From an uncultured Syntrophomonadaceae bacterium (GTDB taxonomy: Bacteria > Bacillota > Dethiobacteria > DTU022), in the NCBI GenBank assembly GCA_964441025.1, contig CAYTXG010000002.1:22787-86786 (forward strand): DNA of 64,000 bases, given 5' to 3'. Positions 59,430 to 64,000 of the stretch are shown here, one piece after another; the stretch's first letter is position 1, and every line of letters starts with the position of its first letter. The notes under the pieces are model-generated. The model was given only the letters and a program-made list of their open reading frames with translations, was not told the origin of the DNA and made no database searches. A program made the position numbers and the translations under genes.

Positions 59430-60398
59430 ATGCACAGAAGCAGCTTCAAAATTGCCGACTGCCATTGCGACACCATTTCCCGGTTCGGAAAGGATAACTA
59501 TGAATTTGGCCGGCGCAATACTGCCGGCCATGTCGATCTGCCCAGGCTGCGGGAGGGGGGCATCGCCCTGCAGTTCTTCGCCGTCTGTACGGCCCCTGTA
59601 AAAGAGCGCAGCTTCCTGCTGTCCGCCCTGGAGCAGATCAGCCGTTTTCACCGCTGCCTTGCCAAAAACAGTTTGCACCTGAAAAGCCTGGAAAATGTGG
59701 AAGACCTGGAGGCTGCGGAGAGAGAGGGGAAAATTGCCGCGCTGCTGGCCCTTGAGGGAGCGGAACCGCTGCAGGGTAGCCCGGAGCTTCTCGATATATT
59801 CTACCGCCTGGGGATGCGGGCACTCTCCCTGACCTGGAATTACCGCAACCTCTACGCCGATGGGATCGGTGAAGGGGCGGCCGGCGGCGGCCTGACCCGC
59901 GCCGGCAGGATCATGGTGCAAGGGCTGTCTCGAAAGGGAATTATCCTGGATTTAAGCCACCTGGCAGAGCGCTGTTTCTTCGAGGCCCTTGAGCTGTTCC
60001 CGAAACCTCCCCTGGTATCCCATGCCAATGCACGGCAGCTGTGCGATCATCCCCGCAATCTCACCGATGAACAGCTGAAAGCTCTTGCATGCAGGGGCGG
60101 TGTCATCGGCCTGAACATCTATCCCCCCTTTATCTCCTCAGGGACCGGTGCCGGTCTGGAGCAGCTGCTGGATCACTTTGTCCATATCGCCGCCCTGATC
60201 GGCGTTGAACACCTGGCTTTTGGTTCAGATTTCGACGGCATCGACTGCACCGTGGATGAAATAGGAAGTGCCACTGACTACGGCGCCCTCCCCCGGGCCC
60301 TTTGCGGGCGGGGATTCCACCCGCGTGAGGTGGAGCTGATCGCCTGGGGCAATGTCAACAGAATCGTACGTGCAAATCTTGGCGGGGGAATACCATGA
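59430..60398 (+). CDS. Membrane dipeptidase (M19) family
   Basis: DCHCDT, LALEGAE, LTWN, DLSH, VSHAN, PRNLTDEQ, GSDFDG. Confidence 0.92.
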   Translation: MHRSSFKIADCHCDTISRFGKDNYEFGRRNTAGHVDLPRLREGGIALQFFAVCTAPVKERSFLLSALEQISRFHRCLAKNSLHLKSLENVEDLEAAEREGKIAALLALEGAEPLQGSPELLDIFYRLGMRALSLTWNYRNLYADGIGEGAAGGGLTRAGRIMVQGLSRKGIILDLSHLAERCFFEALELFPKPPLVSHANARQLCDHPRNLTDEQLKALACRGGVIGLNIYPPFISSGTGAGLEQLLDHFVHIAALIGVEHLAFGSDFDGIDCTVDEIGSATDYGALPRALCGRGFHPREVELIAWGNVNRIVRANLGGGIP

Positions 60399-61225
60399 AC
60401 TGCACGAAACAGCATCTGCCGGTAGACTTGCACCTGCACAGCACCGCCTCAGACGGATCGCTTACTCCGGCCGCCCTGATCGAACGGGCTGTTCAATCCG
60501 GTCTGGCCGCAGTATCGCTGACGGATCACGATACGCTGGATGGAATTGACGAAGCCCTTGCCGCCGGAAGCAGCTGCGGCATGGAGGTCCTTCCCGGTGT
60601 GGAGATCAGCGCCCGCTGCGGGGAACAGGAGATTCACCTGCTCGGTTATGATCCCCTCTTTCCGGAGAGGCTGGAAGCACATCTTCAGGAGCTGCGCCGC
60701 GAACGTTTCCGGCGCATGGAAAAGATGGTATCCCTTCTGCGCGGGTTGGGGTTCGCCATTACCGGAGCGGAGGCATTTGCCGAGGCGGAGCCCGCCGCTC
60801 CCGGGCGGCTGCACCTGGCCCGGCTGATGGTCAGGCGCGGCTATACGCCCGATCTGGACAGCGCCTTTTCACTGTACCTGGAACAGGGGCGTCCCGCCTT
60901 TGTTCCGCGCAGTATTCTTGATCCTACCCGGGCCATATCACTGCTGCAACAGGCGGGCGCTGTTCCGGTGCTGGCCCATCCCGGCGAGGCGGGGAAAGGA
61001 CTGCTCAGGGAGCTGGTCGGGATGGGGCTACGTGGTGTTGAGGTGATCCACCCCAGACATAACCAGGATACAGCCGGCTATTACCGCTTCCAGGCCCAAA
61101 AGATGGGCCTTCTCATTACCGGCGGCTCTGATTATCATGGAAACGGCGGTACCGTAAAGCTTGGGGCCTACACCGTGCCTTACCGGTGCCTGGCGGCTAT
61201 CAAAGATATGGAGCGCGGGATATAA
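60395..61225 (+). CDS. PHP domain phosphoesterase (TrpH/YciV-like)
   Basis: DLHLHSTASDG, LTDHDT, GVEIS, IHLLG, VLAHP, GGSDYHG. Confidence 0.93.
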   Translation: MNCTKQHLPVDLHLHSTASDGSLTPAALIERAVQSGLAAVSLTDHDTLDGIDEALAAGSSCGMEVLPGVEISARCGEQEIHLLGYDPLFPERLEAHLQELRRERFRRMEKMVSLLRGLGFAITGAEAFAEAEPAAPGRLHLARLMVRRGYTPDLDSAFSLYLEQGRPAFVPRSILDPTRAISLLQQAGAVPVLAHPGEAGKGLLRELVGMGLRGVEVIHPRHNQDTAGYYRFQAQKMGLLITGGSDYHGNGGTVKLGAYTVPYRCLAAIKDMERGI

Positions 61226-61314
61226 AAAAAGGAAAAGTTGTTCCGCCCCTTCCTTGGAGAAGAATGTAATGGTAGAATACATTAGTATGCAAAAGACGGG
61301 CAGGTGATTTTATC

Positions 61315-61677
61315 ATGGCAGATAAATTTTTATTCAGTATGAAGGTCTTCACACTGGGCTTCTCCGTAGTGATGATTGTTCTCTTTGCCCTTTACGCGCT
61401 TACTAATTTATTTAACCGTCTCACTTCGCCGGCGGTAAATAAACAGGAGGAAAGTGCTCCCCGGCAAAGCGCCGGTGGGGGACCTTCGCCGCAGCTGGCG
61501 GCCGCTATCGCGGCAGCGATAAACTACCACAGGAATGCCTGCTTCGAAAGCATTGCCCCTCCTGTTCGGCCGATTAAGCTACCGGAAGTGGAGGGTTCGC
61601 GCTGGCAGGCTGCCGGACGCGAAGAACTGGCTGGGAAAAGCAACATGGTCGATCTTTTAAGGAGGAAAAAAACTTGA
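61315..61677 (+). CDS. Na+-translocating decarboxylase gamma/delta subunit (OadG family)
   Basis: One N-terminal TM (LGFSVVMIVLFAL), AAIAAAI, and a WQAAGRE tail. Confidence 0.85.
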   Translation: MADKFLFSMKVFTLGFSVVMIVLFALYALTNLFNRLTSPAVNKQEESAPRQSAGGGPSPQLAAAIAAAINYHRNACFESIAPPVRPIKLPEVEGSRWQAAGREELAGKSNMVDLLRRKKT

Positions 61678-62051
61678 AGCAATACAGGGTAACTGTTGAT
61701 GGAAAAACATTCAATGTAGTCGTGGAGGAGACAGCAGAGCAGGAAATGTTGCACGGGGTGAGTACACCTCACCGCGAACCGGCGCCTCCTGTTCCTGCAA
61801 GGGCGGAAAAGGGGCCTGCCGCCTCTCCCGCCGGCGGGTCCTTGAGGGTGGAGGCTCCCATGCCCGGCGCCATTATAGATATCGCCGTCAGCAGCGGGGA
61901 GGGCGTCGAAGCTGGAGATGTTCTCCTGATCCTGGAGGCTATGAAAATGGAAAACGAGATTACCGCCCCCCGGCGGGGTACGGTTGGCGACATACATGTA
62001 AAGGTTGGAGACACTGTCTCCGGCGGCGAGCCCCTTATGGAGATTACCTGA
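61674..62051 (+). CDS. Biotin carboxyl carrier subunit
   Basis: YRVTVDGKTFNVVVEE, a Pro/Ala linker, APMPG, and LEAMKMENEI biotinylation site. Confidence 0.95.
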   Translation: MKQYRVTVDGKTFNVVVEETAEQEMLHGVSTPHREPAPPVPARAEKGPAASPAGGSLRVEAPMPGAIIDIAVSSGEGVEAGDVLLILEAMKMENEITAPRRGTVGDIHVKVGDTVSGGEPLMEIT

Positions 62052-62093
62052 AAAAAGGCTGCAGCGGGGCGGCAGTAGAAAGGGTTTTTAACA

Positions 62094-63224
62094 ATGGCAG
62101 AACTTGTTCGCGAATTTATCCAGAGCACCGGCTTTTACAACCTTACGCTGCCGGAACTGGCCATGATTGCTGTGGCCTGCGTGCTTCTCTACCTGGGTAT
62201 AGTAAAAAAATATGAACCGCTCCTCCTGGTCCCCATCAGCTTCGGGATCCTGCTGGCAAACCTGCCCCTGGCTGGGCTGCTTCAGCCTGAAGGAGAGGGA
62301 GCAATCGGGGGGCTGCTCTATTACCTCTCCCTGGGCCTGGAGAAGGGGATTTACCCTCCTTTGATTTTCCTGGGCATCGGCGCGCTGACCGACTTTGGAC
62401 CGCTCATCGCCAACCCGGTGACCCTTCTCTTGGGAGCAGCTGCGCAGCTCGGTATATTTACCACCTTTACAGGGGCTTACTTTCTGGGATTCACCCCCCA
62501 GCAGTCGGGGGCCATCGGGATAATCGGCGGGGCCGACGGGCCCACAGCCATATTCGTGGCTGGCCGCCTGGCGCCTGAGCTGCTAGGCTCAATTGCAGTT
62601 GCCGCCTACTCCTACATGGCCCTGGTGCCCATCATTCAACCGCCTATCATGAAGTTGCTGACTACAAAAAAAGAGCGCGAAGTGGTGATGAAACAGCTGC
62701 GGCCCGTTTCCAAGGCCGCGAAAATAATATTTCCCATTGCCGTGATTATCATTTCGGGACTGCTCCTGCCTGCGGCGGCCCCCCTTTTGGGAATGCTCAT
62801 GTTCGGAAATCTTCTGCGTGAAACCGGTGTCACGGAACGCCTGAGCAAGACAGCCCAGACAGAGCTGAATAATATTATTGTTATATTTTTAGGCCTATCC
62901 GTGGGGGCCAAAGCTACATCGGAATACTTTTTAACCTGGGATACCATTCTGATCATTTTGCTGGGCCTGGCCGCTTTTGCCCTGGGAACGGCGGGTGGAG
63001 TGATCATGGGCAAACTGCTCTATCTGATCACCGGTGGAAAGATCAACCCGCTCATCGGCTCTGCCGGGGTTTCCGCCGTACCCATGGCCGCCCGGGTTTC
63101 CCAAACCCTGGGTAAAGAGGCCAACCCCGACAACTATCTGCTCATGCACGCCATGGGCCCAAATGTCGCCGGGGTGATCGGCTCCGCAGTGGCCGCCGGA
63201 ATCCTTCTTTCAATACTCTCCTGA
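62094..63224 (+). CDS. oadB: Na+-translocating decarboxylase beta subunit (OadB/MmdB/GcdB)
   Basis: [59 protein letters not shown]. Confidence 0.96.
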   Translation: MAELVREFIQSTGFYNLTLPELAMIAVACVLLYLGIVKKYEPLLLVPISFGILLANLPLAGLLQPEGEGAIGGLLYYLSLGLEKGIYPPLIFLGIGALTDFGPLIANPVTLLLGAAAQLGIFTTFTGAYFLGFTPQQSGAIGIIGGADGPTAIFVAGRLAPELLGSIAVAAYSYMALVPIIQPPIMKLLTTKKEREVVMKQLRPVSKAAKIIFPIAVIIISGLLLPAAAPLLGMLMFGNLLRETGVTERLSKTAQTELNNIIVIFLGLSVGAKATSEYFLTWDTILIILLGLAAFALGTAGGVIMGKLLYLITGGKINPLIGSAGVSAVPMAARVSQTLGKEANPDNYLLMHAMGPNVAGVIGSAVAAGILLSILS

Positions 63225-63228
63225 AAGC

Positions 63229-63296
63229 GGAGCCTCATAAAGAACGTCGGTTATAGTAACGTAAGTTACCCATAACACCTTGCTTTATGAGGCTCC
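63229..63296 (+). repeat. 68-bp hairpin with perfect 14-bp terminal inverted repeats and a GNRA loop
   Basis: GGAGCCTCATAAAG (63229-63242) / CTTTATGAGGCTCC (63283-63296); inner GTTAT/ATAAC and GTAAC-GTAA-GTTAC. Confidence 0.7.
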
Positions 63297-63406
63297 ATCC
63301 CTATTGTGGCTCATCAGCCCGAAAATATACCTTCCTAAAACTTGCATATCCCCAATGCCCCGGATCATATGCATAAACAAGATCAAATCCGGAGGCGGAT
63401 CCATAA

Positions 63407-64000
63407 TTGCAATTGAAAGAGCGCCCGGCCGTCGTGCCGTGTCCCAGATGGGCCCGGTTTTTCCTCCTTCTCCCCGCTGCCCTGCTGATCACAACAGCAC
63501 TGGCTGTGATTATCGACTACCGCTGTTACCGGGGCCGGATCTATCCGGGCGTCTATGTACAGGAGATTTCCCTTGGCGGCCTGAGCCGGGAGGAAGCAGA
63601 GGCCAGACTCTCCCGCGAACTGCGCACACCAAAAGAGCTCAAGCTTACGGGACTTGAAGAGGGGGAGATAGCCCTCCCCTTTTCCAGGTTGGGCGTATCC
63701 TGGGACCGGGAGAAAACGTCGGCTCTGCTCAGTGAAGTCGGAGCAGGGCCTTCCGGCTACAGCAGCCGTCTGTGCCGGCTCTGGAGCGGCGCCCCGCTGC
63801 AGATAGAGGGTGCCGTCAGTGTGGATACAGAAAAAATGCAGCGAGCCCTGGAGATACTGGCGGAGAGGGCGGCGCTTGAGCCGCAGGATGCCGGACTCGT
63901 GGTCAAAGGCGCCGGGGTCACCATTGAAAAGGAGATCAACGGCCGTTATTTACAGATAGATGTTCTGAAAGAGAGGTTGCTGGATGCCGTTCTGGAGGGG
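63407..64000 (+). CDS. PG_binding_4 / VanW-like membrane protein (3'-truncated; absent from the ORF track)
   Basis: TTG 63407 after GGAGG; frame open to the window end: TM FFLLLPAALLITTALAVII, IYPGVYVQEISLGGLSREEA, EPQDAGLV..IEKEINGR. Confidence 0.85.
   Translation, partial: MQLKERPAVVPCPRWARFFLLLPAALLITTALAVIIDYRCYRGRIYPGVYVQEISLGGLSREEAEARLSRELRTPKELKLTGLEEGEIALPFSRLGVSWDREKTSALLSEVGAGPSGYSSRLCRLWSGAPLQIEGAVSVDTEKMQRALEILAERAALEPQDAGLVVKGAGVTIEKEINGRYLQIDVLKERLLDAVLEG

Overview
A 64 kb chromosomal window from a GC-rich, endospore-forming Bacillota (Clostridia sensu lato; the exact lineage cannot be determined here). It is mostly the conserved core: rpsB-tsf-pyrH-frr-uppS-cdsA-dxr-rseP-ispG, rimP-nusA-ylxR-infB-rbfA-nrnA-truB-ribF-rpsO-pnp, a sporulation/DAP block (two deacetylases, VanW, dut, ymxH, dpaAB, dapA, rnj, tepA, ylzJ, uppP, ftsK/spoIIIE), then rodZ-rimO, cinA-thpR-recA-recX-rny-spoVS and an oadG/biotin carrier/oadB decarboxylase operon. 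Accessory genes are inserted at 1-7.2 kb (ABC exporter, MFS, acyl-CoA ligase, an hcp split by a 1-nt frameshift) and at 34.5-41.4 kb (a BON-fused GlpA/LhgO-like oxidoreductase operon, bifunctional FBP aldolase/phosphatase, and a DUF4015-like lipoprotein with Spo0A boxes). I found no tRNA, rRNA, CRISPR array, intact IS, prophage or defence system, and I cannot support a confident claim of a wholly new system. The best leads are: (i) a dispersed AGAAC(C/T)GTCC REP-like family plus two other palindrome types; (ii) three genes whose best-placed starts are non-canonical (nusA ATT/GTT and two CTG); (iii) seven SigH-type promoters, many on metabolic genes; (iv) the BON-fused oxidoreductase operon; (v) unexplained RNA-like structures at 2.86-3.45 kb, in the rny leader, and at 63229-63296. 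All family names come from recalled motifs and synteny; no database searches were run.
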